Assembly: GCA_002269645.1 (NCBI GenBank) | Contig: NIVC01004890.1 | Location: forward strand, 1 to 32,151 | Source: Macrostomum lignano | Taxonomy: Eukaryota | Direction of reading: 5' to 3' | DNA length: 32,151 bases | Part shown: piece after piece, positions 1 through 12,471 of the stretch | How the letters are laid out: each line of letters starts with the position of its first letter | Numbering within the stretch: position 1 is the stretch's first letter | Program-made: the position numbers and the translations under genes | The notes under the pieces: model-generated | Told to the model about the DNA's origin: nothing | Database searches by the model: none | What the model saw: only the letters and a program-made list of their open reading frames with translations

Positions 1-1
1 A

Positions 2-410
2 CAGCTAGCCGAGTATGTGCGCACTACCTGGCTGCAGCATCCCGTCTGGGACCGTGATGCTATCTGCGTCTTCGAGCAGTACAAGAGGACCAACAACGAC
101 GTTAGAAGCCTGGCATGGTCAACTCAACAAGCGTGGACAGAAACCGCTGAACTTCTACCTTCTGCTGGACCTGCTAGAGCGTGATGCTGAACGGGTGCGA
201 CGGCTACAGCAGCAAGTTCACAGGGGCCAGGCTGTTACTCATCACCAGCAGGTGCATGCCAGGTACGCACGAGTGAATGCTGCCTTCGAGACGCATTGCA
301 GACATCTTAGAGAAAGTACACTTTCAATTGCGGCTTTTCTAAGGGCCTGCAGCCATCTGCACACTCAGCCTGTCTGGCAGGTACAGCAGCCTGCAGACGA
401 GGAGGCTTAA
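2..410 (+). pseudogene. C-terminal part of a Mutator-like (MULE) transposase, frameshifted; 5' part lies outside the window
   Basis: The frame from nt 2 reads QLAEYVRTTWLQHPVWDRDAICVFEQYKRTNNDV, then shifts frame near nt 104 into EAWHGQLNKRGQKPLNFYLLLDLL. This matches the MULE pattern Y..TW...W.VF....RTNN..E.WH..LN. Confidence 0.75.
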
Positions 411-445
411 AAACTCATCAACTACCCAAGCCGCCCGCCCAAATC

Positions 446-687
446 TATTGCCATTTCAGATCATAACGAGTTAAAAAAGCCAAAAAATCCGCACTTACTT
501 ATTTGTACTGCACCCATTGCTATAATTTGCTTGAACTTTGCCATCTATCCATGCCACCCGTACCTTATTGCCATTTCAGATCATAATGAGTTAAAAAAGC
601 CAAAAAATCCGCACTTACTTATTTGTACTGCACCCATTGCTATAATTTGCTTGAACTTTGTCATCTATCCATGCCACCCGTACCTTA
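446..687 (+). repeat. Tandem duplication, 2 x 120 bp
   Basis: tattgccatttcagatcataa...ccacccgtacct starts at 446 and again at 566, near-identical. Confidence 0.9.
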
Positions 688-1704
688 GAATCACCGTGCA
701 CATTTCTTGCCAGATTTTACACTTTGTTTTACGCTCAAATTTGGGATGGGGGGGTTCATTGCGTCGCACTTACAGAGCAAACAGCCTTTACTTGGGCTAG
801 TCACTGCATGTATGTGTGACTCAGTGCACTTCTGCCTCCGTAATTCATCATCATCCCATCATCCCATCATTATGCATGATATTATATGAGCTACGTATAC
901 GAGCTATTAAAATGCAGATATGAGATACCTTTTGCACCCACATTTGCAGAACAGCTAGGCCTGATGAAAGATTTCATAGAAAAACAATTTATTCATTGCT
1001 ACAAACTGTTGTCAATCCGTTGGTATCTAGAAATAATATGAAGTATCGTGAATGGGTGGCAACTGATGCAGTTTTTTATTTTTGATTTCCACTTCTATTG
1101 AGTTCACATACGAGCCGTATTAATTTGTTTAAGTTGAATACAAAAGGTAGGTGGGGTTGCTTTCAATTCAAGCTTGAATGAGCAAAGACTTAATTTATGG
1201 TCACGGATCGTTACACTCAAGCCAACCCTAGAGCAACATTTTTTTCAATTGTGGCCTGTACGATACGACAACTGATACGATACGATTGGAAGTCATAAAT
1301 AGTCTAAATAACTGACTGGCTTGCGTGGAGATAAAAATCTATCTATATAAAACAGCTCACCTCAAATCAGCCATATTATTTTTCGTTGCAATCTTTTTTC
1401 AGTTTTAACATTTTTAGCCAACTGCTATGGTTGGTAACCATGATAACAATTTGGCTCGTAAAAAAATAACTCAATATAGTGAATCTGCATGCAGCACTTA
1501 GCATGAAGCCTCAGATTTATTTATGTAAATATCATTTGTACTCTTATGCACTGCGGCAAATTTGCACAGATATGAGATGCATGTATTTTTCAGCAAGTAC
1601 TGATACCCAAGAGACGCAAGGCTTCAATCAAAGTCTGACAATTCTGAAATCTCGTCAAATTAAGCCGAACCTCTAAATACATGTACAGACACAAGTCTGA
1701 TACA

Positions 1705-2222
1705 AACAGAAGAGAGAAGAGATCAGATAGGAGAGATTAAAGAGGAGAAAGGAGAGATGAGAAAGCAGAGACGAGAAATGAGACAGTAGAGCTAGAACAG
1801 AGGAGAGAGGAGAGGGAAGAGATTATAGAGACGAGTGGAGAGAGAAGAGAAATATGTGAGAGCAGACATGAGAGACAATGGGAGAGAAGTGGAGTGAAGG
1901 AGAAAGGAGAATAAAGGGGAGAATTGAGAGGACAGGAAGAGAGTGGAAGGGAGAGAAGAGAGATGAGAGGAAATAGAAGAATGGAGAAGGGAGAGAGTAG
2001 AAAGGAGAAGAGAGATGGAGAGCAGGAGAGATGAGAGGGAGGAGAGTAGAGAGGGGAGGTGAAAGAGTAAAGGGGAGAAAGTTGAGAGAAGAGTTGGGAG
2101 AGTTGGGAAAAAAGAGGAGAGATGTTAAAGGAGAGTACAGATGAGAGATGAGAGAGAGGAGATAAGACAGGAAATAAATAATAGGAGAGAGGGTCGAGAT
2201 GATAGAGGAGAGAGAATTGAGA
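1705..2222. repeat. Purine-rich (AG) low-complexity tract
   Basis: Almost exclusively A/G on the + strand; this explains the spurious S/L/P-rich minus-strand ORFs. Confidence 0.9.
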
Positions 2223-2779
2223 ATTTTGCACTGACCTACGAGGTGCGAACAAACACGAGAAATCAAACTGAAATGTGCTAATTTTAACAGTCCCAGACTT
2301 CCATTGTTCCTACAAAATTTTAAACAGCGGGGCAGGACCTCCTGCGGGGCAGACCCATAGAAATTTTTCCAGTTTCCAAGATAATATTGACTTATAGGGA
2401 ATAAACACATACCGTACGAGCTCAAATTTGAGCTCAAAGTTCGAGCTCAAATCCTAGATATTTAAACATCGCCACATGAGAACGGAGTCACAACATAGTT
2501 TGAATATGATGGAAAGCGCATGTAAATAAGCGAAAAGCGGTATCCAACGGGGCAACACGAGCAATCTTTCAATACGCTAATTGGGAGGGGATTAAGCAAT
2601 CACGGGCTGACTTCCATTCTGCCACTCAGCGGGGGTCAAACGGGAGACTAACTCCTAATAAATAAATTTTCTCAGTCCTATAATCTTTAATGACATGACA
2701 CGGCCTTCACACATGGGGCTCCAAGGCCTCCATGCTCCTTCCAGTGATTTTTTTAGAATAGTCTTTGGCTCTTAGCAAA

Positions 2780-3275
2780 GAGCAAAGAGAGAGCAAAGAT
2801 GAAAGAGAAGAAAGGTGAGGGAAGATCGACGAGAGAAGATGGAAGAGAGGAGATAGGAAAGAAGAGAAGAGAAGAGAGAGAGAGAAGAGAGAGGAAACAA
2901 AAGAGAAGATAGAGTTTCAAAGGATCCGAGGGACATAGAGAGAGACAGGAGGCCAGAGATTTTGCCGATACATGTTTTCGAAAGACAAGTTTTTGTTTGA
3001 GTATGACTTCAGATTTTAGAACTAGATATAAGCTGAGCTGAGAGAGAAGATGAAAGTAGAGGCTGAGAGTAGAGAGAGGCTGAGAGCAGAGAGGGGCTGA
3101 GAGCAGAGAGGGGCTGAGAGCAGAGAGGGGCTGAGAGCAGAGAGGGGCTGAGAGCAGAGAGGGGCTGAGAGTAGAGAGGGGCTGGGGATAGAGGTTGAGA
3201 GTGGATAGAGGCTGAGAGTAGATAGAGGCTGACAGTGGAGAGGCTGAGAATAGAGAGGTTGAGAGTAGAGAGGCT
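2780..3275. repeat. AG-rich tract followed by a 17-bp minisatellite (ggggctgagagcagaga)
   Basis: Period-17 repeat visible about 3060-3275; AG-rich sequence about 2780-2950. Confidence 0.85.
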
Positions 3276-3464
3276 AGTTCACGTTGTTCTCAATCCCATT
3301 CCACTATACATGTAGTTTTTATCTAATGTGACTAAGCCAGGTGCTTTTAGTGCAGGGGTTGGCAAACTTTTTACCTCGATTGAGAACCCAGCTCATGACT
3401 GCCCTTCTAGTCTGCTTCGTTGGCCCCCAAAGCGAAGCGAGGAGTCCTGATGACAGAGCGGGCC

Positions 3465-3885
3465 AGAGGTGAGGAGAGAGGGTAAGGAATAGAGAAGAGA
3501 AATACAAGCATAGGATAAAGGAGAGGCGAAGGAATAAAGGAGAAGAGAGTTGATGAGAGGAGAGGGCAGACATGAGAGAGAAAAGATGAGAGAAGAGGGC
3601 AGACATGAGAGAGAGAATAGATGAGAGAGAGGGCAAGAGATGAGAGGAGAGGGCAGAGATGAGAGAGAGAAAGATGATACAGGAGAGGGCAGAGATGAGA
3701 GAGAAAAGAGAGAACAGGGCAGACATGAGAGAGAATAGATAAGAGAGGAGAGGGCAAGAGATGAGAGAGGAGAGGGCAGAGATGAGAGAGAGAGAGAAAA
3801 GATTAGAGACGAGAGGGCAGAAATGACAGAGAAAAGAAAAGAGACGAGAGTGCAGAGATAAGAGAAAAGATGAGAGACAAGAGGC
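3465..3885. repeat. AG-rich degenerate tandem repeat (gagggcagagatgagagag-like)
   Basis: Repeated gagggcagac/gagggcagag motifs in a purine-rich tract. Confidence 0.85.
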
Positions 3886-4269
3886 ACTCCAATTTTTGCT
3901 TACTTCTATCATAACTAATACCTTTACCCTCTACCTTTAACTTTTAACATATACAAACAACACGTCAGTTTTAGTATATTGAGATACGTTTGAAACTATT
4001 ATCCATGATACAAAAATCAAATGTCTTGTGCTAGTAGTGCTACTAGCTTTAGTAGGTAGTAATACCTGCTGTAAAGGGAAGTGTTTTTTGTTTTACTTAG
4101 TCTAATTTCACTAACAAAATCTGTCTTCTCCGAGACTTGAAGCTACGTCATACCCCACCCCAATCACAGCCAATAGGAAATGAGGAAATATATAGACCTA
4201 TTCCTATCCAAGCAGCCATTCAGAGCTGTGGCCATCTTGGTGTGTGGCCATCTTGGTCATGCGCCAATA

Positions 4270-4890
4270 TATATTACAATAAAAAAGACTAATATGTAGA
4301 TGTAGCAATATTTAACATTAGTACACAAAACTAAACACAAACAACTGCATAATCTTAGCCTAAATACACAAAACTAAACACAAACAACTGCATAATCTTA
4401 GCCGTTGTCTATATATTATAGACAAACAAGATTATGCAGTTGTTTGTGTTTAGTTTTGTGTACTAATGTTAAATATTGGAATTAGCCTAAGATTATGCAG
4501 TTGTTTGTGTTTAGTTTTGTGTACTAACATACATGCGCAACAGTCGGCCGAGTCGGCCGATCCGGCCGACCGATTTGGCGGCCAATCAAGGAAGTCGCAA
4601 AAATGCCCACCCAAAAAATAACCTGAAGAGTAGTACTAAGTAGCTGACGAGGCATTTTAGCTTAATAAAACAGTCATAGTTACTCCTGCCGTTTACCCAA
4701 AGTTGCGTTAATTTTGCTTTCGGGTTTTTTTATATGTAAGTCGCATTTTTGGCCAAAAACTACGTCGCATTTTTGTTAAAACTAAGTCGCACGGCTGACC
4801 GAATTTTGGAGGTTGCACATGTATGTGTACTAATGTTAAATATTGCTACATCTACATATTAGTATTTTTTATTGTAATTTATATATTGCA
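4270..4890. repeat. AT-rich foldback (inverted repeat) structure interrupted by a MITE
   Basis: About 4270-4325 is the reverse complement of about 4826-4890. The unit tacacaaaactaaacacaaacaactgcataatctt occurs twice on each strand between 4320 and 4525. Confidence 0.75.
4528..4825. mobile_element. Non-autonomous hAT-type MITE, 298 bp
   Basis: 14-bp TIRs CATACATGCGCAAC / GTTGCACATGTATG (13/14 match); 8-bp TSD TGTACTAA at 4520-4527 and 4826-4833. Confidence 0.85.
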
Positions 4891-5732
4891 TAGGCCTAGC
4901 TTAAAATAATTGTTATATCAGTTATGATAATGTTGTATGACTTTCCAGGCCCCATTGAAGCTACAGTATGACAGTGTCATTTTAACATCTTGTTAACTCT
5001 ATTCAAAATTGATATTGTCATTATTATTATTATTATTATTATTACATAGGTCCTATTGAATTTAGAATCTTTAAAAGAATTGGTCTTTTAAAGATTGAAA
5101 AGATTCTTAGCCATGGGGATAGGCCTAAGCTAAAAATTATTGATAGATCTATGTAGATAAAATTAGACTTATTGACATAGCCTATAGACTTGAATAGTGG
5201 CAGCTATTTCAATAAGCTGCCATGGGGACAAGCTGAAAATTATCCACATGGATCTGTGTGAATAAAATTGGAATTATCGGCATGGGACTGCATCTATAGC
5301 CTAAGGATAAGATAAGCACTTCCTATTTTTTACTAATTGACTAGGCCTAGGGCCTAGGCCTAGTAAAGTAATTTAGACAATTATTTGAGTGGTCTCAGTT
5401 GGTCTTTTGTATAGTTCAATTGCAAAAACAATTGTCTAAAAATAGATATATGATAGCTTTGATAGGCCCTACCTATAGGGCCTAGCCTATATCATGGGTC
5501 CATAACTTAGACATATCACACTATGACACATGCCAAATAAGTGATGCAGCTGATATTATTATTATGTAAGGTGATGCATGCACTGTGTTGTGCAGAATAG
5601 CCTACACATAGCCAGATAGCCATCAAGCATCGCCAGATCAGATCCTAGATTGCAAATAGATGCTTCTATCTGTTTAATAATTAAACCATGGATTTTATTA
5701 TAGGGAATTTATAGGGGCCTATAAATTCAAAA

Positions 5733-6368
5733 TAGTGTTCCGCCGTAGCCGTAGCTACGGCTACGGGATCCTACGGCAAATACGGTAAAATAGGTGCCTA
5801 CGGCAGCTACGGATACGCCTACGGTAGCTAGCTGCTCTTACGGCTACGACTACGGAAATATGGTAGTTGCTTCCCGTAGATTCACGTAGGTCCCGTAGTT
5901 ATTAATGTTAAAAATTGAAAAAAATATTAGAAGCAGATAGAGTAAAACAAAGATACTTTTAGTAAACTGTATTATCAACCTAGAAACTTATAAAGTATAC
6001 CTAAAAAGTACAATAAAACACTAGCAAACTCTATTTTTTTATTGTAAAAAATTTCAGCATTCGTACTTTCAGTAACGATAAAGTATTGTTGCTCTGAAAA
6101 AAGACGAAATCTTACAAAGGCAATTAAGTGTTTCTTTTATTTTCTAATTTAATTTGCAGTTGTTTAAGCACTAGGTTATCTTCTTGATTCAAAATATTTT
6201 GTTTTTTTAGACTTTTTGTTAAAACTATACGGCTACGGCTGCGGGAACTACGGGAATATGGTAATTTCGGGGTCCCTACGGCTACGGAATACGGAGAATT
6301 GGAGTAAGCCGTAGTTTTGCTTACGGCTACGGCTACGGTACATGGACCCTCCTTACGGCGGAACACTA
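5733..6368. mobile_element. Non-autonomous hAT-type MITE, 636 bp
   Basis: 15-bp perfect TIRs TAGTGTTCCGCCGTA / TACGGCGGAACACTA; 8-bp TSD ATTCAAAA at 5725-5732 and 6369-6376; more than 20 subterminal TACGG/CCGTA motifs. Confidence 0.9.
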
Positions 6369-7131
6369 ATTCAAAATTAGACCTATAAAATAAAACTATT
6401 CACAGCCTATTCAAACACAATCAATCTCGAACTCTTCTCTGCAGAGCCATGAAAGCATAGGTGCTCAAATACACTCAGAGGGTGAAAAGTAGTTTTATTT
6501 CTGTTACAATGATATCGGAGGGCCGCCGCGTCTAAAAACTCGCTGGCGTGCACACGAGTTCTTTATTGGTCTCGTTTTAAACAAATATTTTTAGATGACA
6601 AAAAGAAGCCGTTTTTTAAAGGTTTATAAGTCAATATACGCACTGGTGGTTTGAGAAATGTTGCGCTATAAATACTTTAAACTCTTTTTCGCGGCACCGC
6701 GAAGTCTCCCAACAACACAACGCCGACTGGAAACTTATTGTATTTTTATTCATTGGCATTAAAGTACATCTAAAACTATATCTACGACGATTTGCAAAGA
6801 ATATTTTATTTAAAAGTTAAAAAATACAATCGAAATGTCACATTGTTCAGGGAAATGTAAAATTCTTCACATATTCGTCTGCGCGTTTTCCTTGTGTGAA
6901 CGTTTTTATCCAAATTACAAGGACGACTTTAATTTTGGCTAAGGAAGGACAACTAAAGTACGTTAATCAATGAAAATACTATATCAATTTAATAAACGTT
7001 CTCTTGCAATGGCTGTAGCATAAACTTGAATTTTTTATTTTAATTTTTATGATTTGCACAGTATTTGCATAGGATATAGAAATATATTTGTGTTTGTCAA
7101 GTGAAAGAGCTCATCATCACATGTATGATTG

Positions 7132-7908
7132 CTATTGCACCGCACACCTGGACCACAAGCTCTGTCTTTCACTCAATGATATCGGTGGAAAACCTGATTC
7201 AGTAGGTTCATCCGTCTTGCCATTGACCCTATCAAAATCTGTGCCAGTTGGAGGATAATACCTTGAGTAGAGAACGTCAGCCCGAGGTGTGAACTTTACT
7301 CCGCTTTGCACCAGGCTGCCCTCGTGCAGAATCTTGTGCTCGAAGATCACTGCCGAACCGGTGCGCGGCATCATCGCCACTCGTCGACGACCTTCAGGCT
7401 TGTCGCCTGCGCGCATCAGTCCATCTGGAAAGAAGGTTGTCTCGCCTCCTTCGAATCCTTCATTGAGATAGAGCTGGACAGTGATGAAGCTGATTGCCGA
7501 GTCATCTGCCGTGATGTAGGTTCCGTCCCTGTGCTCGCCGAAGAACCCGCCGGGACCATAGCGCAGCAAAGTCATGCGCTCGTTGAGACCAACCAGCTTA
7601 CCGAAGCCGAACTTTGGCGGCAAGTGCGGCCTGATGCGCTGAAAAATCGTTTCTCGGATGTCCACATCGGTCAGGTAGGAATTATCGCCAACGCGAAAGT
7701 CTGGCTGGTACTCCATAGTTTTGAAGCCAGTGCGCACTGTGGCCGGCTTGAATCCGACACCTTCAGCAGCTCGAATCACGGCGGCGCACTCGTACTTGTT
7801 AAGAACGTTGTGAAGGACAAATGCTAGGCGGTTTTGCAACAGTTCGGAATTCAGATCCTCACGCTGCACTTGTGCAGGAGCTTGCAATCCAACGATGCTG
7901 TCAGACAT
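7132..7908 (-). CDS. 2-oxoglutarate/Fe(II)-dependent oxygenase (prolyl 4-hydroxylase-like), intronless, 258 aa
   Basis: HxD motif (EHRDG), TVQLYLNEGFEGGETTF, distal His (FEHKILHEG), and a 2OG-binding K/R strand (GVKFTPRADVLY). Confidence 0.9.
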   Translation of the reverse strand: MSDSIVGLQAPAQVQREDLNSELLQNRLAFVLHNVLNKYECAAVIRAAEGVGFKPATVRTGFKTMEYQPDFRVGDNSYLTDVDIRETIFQRIRPHLPPKFGFGKLVGLNERMTLLRYGPGGFFGEHRDGTYITADDSAISFITVQLYLNEGFEGGETTFFPDGLMRAGDKPEGRRRVAMMPRTGSAVIFEHKILHEGSLVQSGVKFTPRADVLYSRYYPPTGTDFDRVNGKTDEPTESGFPPISLSERQSLWSRCAVQ

Positions 7909-8576
7909 GACTTCCAGTTTCAGGGTGTTGAGTTCCAGTGATGAAGCTAAGTAAAAAACTGTTCCCAGGGCGCTTGCATTTATAATAATCTGATGTGCAT
8001 GTACAAAAATGAAATGTACATTTACAGACCATATTACTACAGAATTTCTACAGTGTCACGAGTTCCAACATTTTTGCACACGTCATTCTGGCAAATCCAA
8101 CTGAAATATATACCGGTAAATAAGCTGGAAGCCAGGGGGGTTCTTAAGTTCTAACTTCTATGCAGTAGCTATGTGTACAGTTTTGTGTCTATTTTTAGAT
8201 TAGGAAATCCTCTTTCCAGCGTGGAGCAAATGTGTCATACTGCACGCATTAGACTGCAGGGTTGGAGTTGAAGGGACAGATTAAAACAAGCTTTGACACG
8301 TGCATTGTACATTGGTCTGCCTACGAAGATAAACTCGGTGAGCCAGTAAAGTTGAAGGCCGGACACCTATAGTGAGACAAAAATGTACAATTGACTCAGA
8401 AAATTGCGTCTTTGAGCCTCCCCTTGATAATAACCAGGTCGAAAATACGATCGTAATATGTGACTTAACAGCAGAAACATTGACGTATGGATATTCTATT
8501 ATCTACGTAGCATAATGATACCTCTCTGCATGGTTTTAAGCAGTTTGTTCGCAGGGAATGTCTTGAGAAGAAGCGT

Positions 8577-9013
8577 CCTGACCCGTTTGACCCACTCAGC
8601 TCCTGACCAGCTTGACCCACTCAGCTCCTGACCAGCTTGGCCCACCCAGCTCCTGACCAGCTTGACCCACTCAGCTCCTGACCAGCTTGACCCACTCAGC
8701 TCCTGATCAGCTTGACCCACTCAGCTCCTGACCAGCTTGGCCCACTCATCTCCTGACCAGCTTGACCCACTCAGCTCCTGACCAGCTTGACCCACTCAGC
8801 TCCTGACCAGCTTGACCCACTCGACAGACCCTGACCAGCTTGGCCCACTCAGACCCTGACCAGCTTGACTCACTCAGACTCTGACCAGCTTGACTCACTC
8901 AGACTCTGACCAGCTTGACTCACTCAGACTCTGACCAGCTTGACTCACTCAGACCCTGACCCACTTAGACAGTAACCAGCTTGACCCACTCACACCCTGA
9001 CCAGCTTGACCCA
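8577..9013. repeat. 25-bp minisatellite (tcagctcctgaccagcttgacccac), about 17 copies
   Basis: Period 25 (e.g. 8596, 8621); the unit drifts to tcagactctgaccagcttgactcac in the 3' copies. Confidence 0.95.
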
Positions 9014-9240
9014 GTCCGGGCTCCTCTCGATTTCCGGGTCGACCGGAGCGTCGGCGAACTGCAGCAGGCGGCAGGCGGCCAGCCGGCTGTTGTACAGAGC
9101 GCTGCGGCACCTGCTGCCACACAGGGAGGCTCTGATCAGGCAGGTCTGCAGCTCATCGTAGCAGCAGTACGAGCTACATGTCGGTCCGGGTTCTTAATGA
9201 ACTCGATGATGAACAGGCACAGCTTAGCGGAACTACATTT
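8990..9240 (-). pseudogene. GC-rich Cys-containing coding-like fragment, possibly PAN/apple-like
   Basis: The minus strand reads ...CSSYCCYDELQTCLIRASLCGSRCRSALYNSRLAACRLLQF..., with a frameshift from an upstream hydrophobic stretch (KLCLFIIEFI). No clean start codon. Confidence 0.3.
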
Positions 9241-9495
9241 ACTGTATAAACTCGCTATCTAGAAGTAGATTAATAGTTTCTCTGAGCTTTCCATATACAG
9301 TACTACCTCAAAAGCCGAATAAACGGCTGCAACTGCTAGCAATACCACTCCAGTTTCTCAGATTTTCTCGAGTATCGTTTTCTCTTACTTGTCAAAGCAC
9401 TGATCACAAGAATTTCCAGAACATCACTTACGATGCAAGTGCATAACTATAGGAAGGCTGTGCACGTGTGCAGTCTATATATAGCTCGTACATAG

Positions 9496-9878
<383 letters not shown>

Positions 9879-10511
9879 ATATGCAATTTCACTTAAATTT
9901 CACTTTAAGGCCGATAGTAGCTACTCCCAAGACGCTAGCTCAGTAGTCTGCTAAATGTACGAGTAAACCTAAGGCCACCTTAGTGTCGCTGGATGATAAA
10001 GATGACCCAGCAAACATTTTATCGCAATTTTATTTCGCTCTCGGCCGCAACAGCCGCCCAACTGGTACAGTAAGCATGCAGTAGTACCCAGAGTGTCCAT
10101 AAAATGAACTCAACTACAATAGGCGTGTACCTGCATATCAAACAGTCGCCCCCATCTGCCCCCACCATTACTCAGCATTGCCCCTGGGGACCAAGTGAGG
10201 GGGTGTTAAGAAAGCTCGAAGAAAACGTGCCCGCCCCAGCTCATTGCGGTGTCCAGCCGAGGTGCAGCCGCGGTGCGACACAACAACACAATGAACTAAT
10301 AACTTGTGCTGTTTTTTTTCTCTGGACACAAACAATATTTTTAAAAGTATAAAGCGAAAAAATGACCGACATTTTGAGAAATAAATAACGCTTGGTTTTA
10401 CCACAAAAACTGCATTTTTTGTTAGCCAATGAGTTTAGTTTAAAGTCAATGAGTTTCGAAAGAATAAATTTTCATTTTTCTCTATACAACAACTGCTATC
10501 AGATTTGCTTG

Positions 10512-11925
10512 AGTTAGTCATAGATAACTGCTATCCGATTAGCCAAAGTTAGTCATAGATAACTGCTATCCGATTAGCCAAAGTTAGTCATAGATAACTG
10601 CTATCCGATTAGCCAAAGTTAGTCATAGATAACTGCTATCCGATTAGCCAAAGTTAGTCATAGATAACTGCTATCCGATTAGCCAAAGTTAGTCATAGAT
10701 AACTGCTATCCGATTAGCCACAGTTAGCCATAGATAACTGCCATCTAATTTGTCCACAGTGAGCCATAGATAACTGCCATCTAAGTTGTCCACACTGAGC
10801 CATAGATAACTGCCATCTAAATTTGTCACAGTGAGCCATAGATAACTGCCATCTAAGTTGTCACAGTGAGCCATAGATAACTGCCATCTAATTTGTCACA
10901 GTGAGCCATAGATAACTGCCATCTAATTTGTCACAGTGAGCCATAGATAACTGCCATCTAATTTGTCCACACTGAGCCATAGATAACTGCCATCTAATTT
11001 GTCACAGTGAGCCATAGATAACTGCCATCTAGTTTGTCACAGTGAGCCATAGATAACTGCCATCTAATTTGTCCACACTGAGCCATAGATAACTGCCATC
11101 TAATTTGTCACAGTGAGCCATAGATAACTGCCATCTAATTTTTCCACAGTGAGCCATAGAAAACTGCCATCTAAATTTGTCACAGTGAGCCATAGATAAC
11201 TGCCATCTAGTTTGTCACAGTGAGCCATAGATAACTGCCATCTAATTTGTCCACACTGAGCCATAGATAACTGCCATCTAATTTGTCCACACTGAGCCAT
11301 AGATAACTGCCATCTAATTTGTCCACACTGAGCCATAGATAACTGCTATCTAGTTTGTCACAGTGAGCCATAGATAACTGCCATCTAATTTTTCCACAGT
11401 GAGCCATAGATAACTGCCATCTAATTTGTCACAGTGAGCCATAGATAACTGCCATCTAATTTTTCCACAGTGAGCCATAGATAACTGCCATCTAATTTGT
11501 CACAGTGAGCCATAGATAACTGCCATCTAATTTGTCCACACTGAGCCATAGATAACTGCCATCTAATTTGTCACAGTGAGCCATAGATAACTGCCATCTA
11601 ATTTTTCCACAGTGAGCCATAGAAAACTGCCATCTAAATTTGTCACAGTGAGCCATAGATAACTGCCATCTAGTTTGTCACAGTGAGCCATAGATAACTG
11701 CCATCTAAATTTGTCACAGTGAGCCATAGATAACTGCCATCTAGTTTGTCACAGTGAGCCATAGATAACTGCCATCTAATTTGTCACAGTGAGCCATAGA
11801 TAACTGCCATCTAGTTTGTCACAGTGAGCCATAGATAACTGCCATCTAATTTGTCACAGTTAGCCATAGATAACTGCCATCTAATTTGTCACAGTGAGCC
11901 ATAGATAACTGCCATCTAGTTTGTC
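10512..11925. repeat. 35-36-bp minisatellite, about 40 copies, two sub-variants
   Basis: Variant A agttagtcatagataactgctatccgattagccaa (period 35) to about 10730, then variant B cagtgagccatagataactgccatctaatttgtca. Confidence 0.95.
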
Positions 11926-12471
11926 CGAAAAAAAACCAATTTTTAGGCAGGTGAACATCAGTTCGTTTGGTAGATTCAGATAAAGAGGACTTCAGACTAA
12001 AGAAGACTTCATTGCAAAAACATCTACTCTAGCTTCCAGCGTCATCTTAACGAGCACGCTTAGAGGACATTCAGTCGCTTCTATTGTGCGCAGAGACATA
12101 CAGAGAAAAGCTGTTCCCTTGAAGCAATGAATAAACAGGCTTTTGCACCTCGAGCAGCCAATAGTGCGCGGCCTGGCTACCGAAGCTGCCGCCCCAGGGC
12201 GGAGTCCTCAGCTAGAGAGGGGGTTTGGGGTTTGGGGGTTGGGCGCCAAACAGAGAAGAGTCTGCGCCCGCGCCTCGTGCCCGACTCAAGACACCGGCCA
12301 CGTGCCCAAGCCAGCAAGTGACCGCCTATAGGACTGGCTAGAAGCAAGTCTCTCTGACAGGGAGGCCAGACTATTTAGCCAGTCGCAGCACAAGAAGCTC
12401 TGCCCCGACTAACTGTAAGTCAGTGGGAAAGCAACTGCCGTCACAGTGAATTATTCCACTGCAAACAGACA

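Noticed and set aside
1737-3912. Several 116-204-aa S/L/P-rich ORFs on the minus strand
   Set aside because: They are translations of AG-rich low-complexity DNA.
7289-7827. Plus-strand ORFs overlapping the oxygenase
   Set aside because: Antisense shadows of a GC-rich coding sequence with no recognisable motifs.
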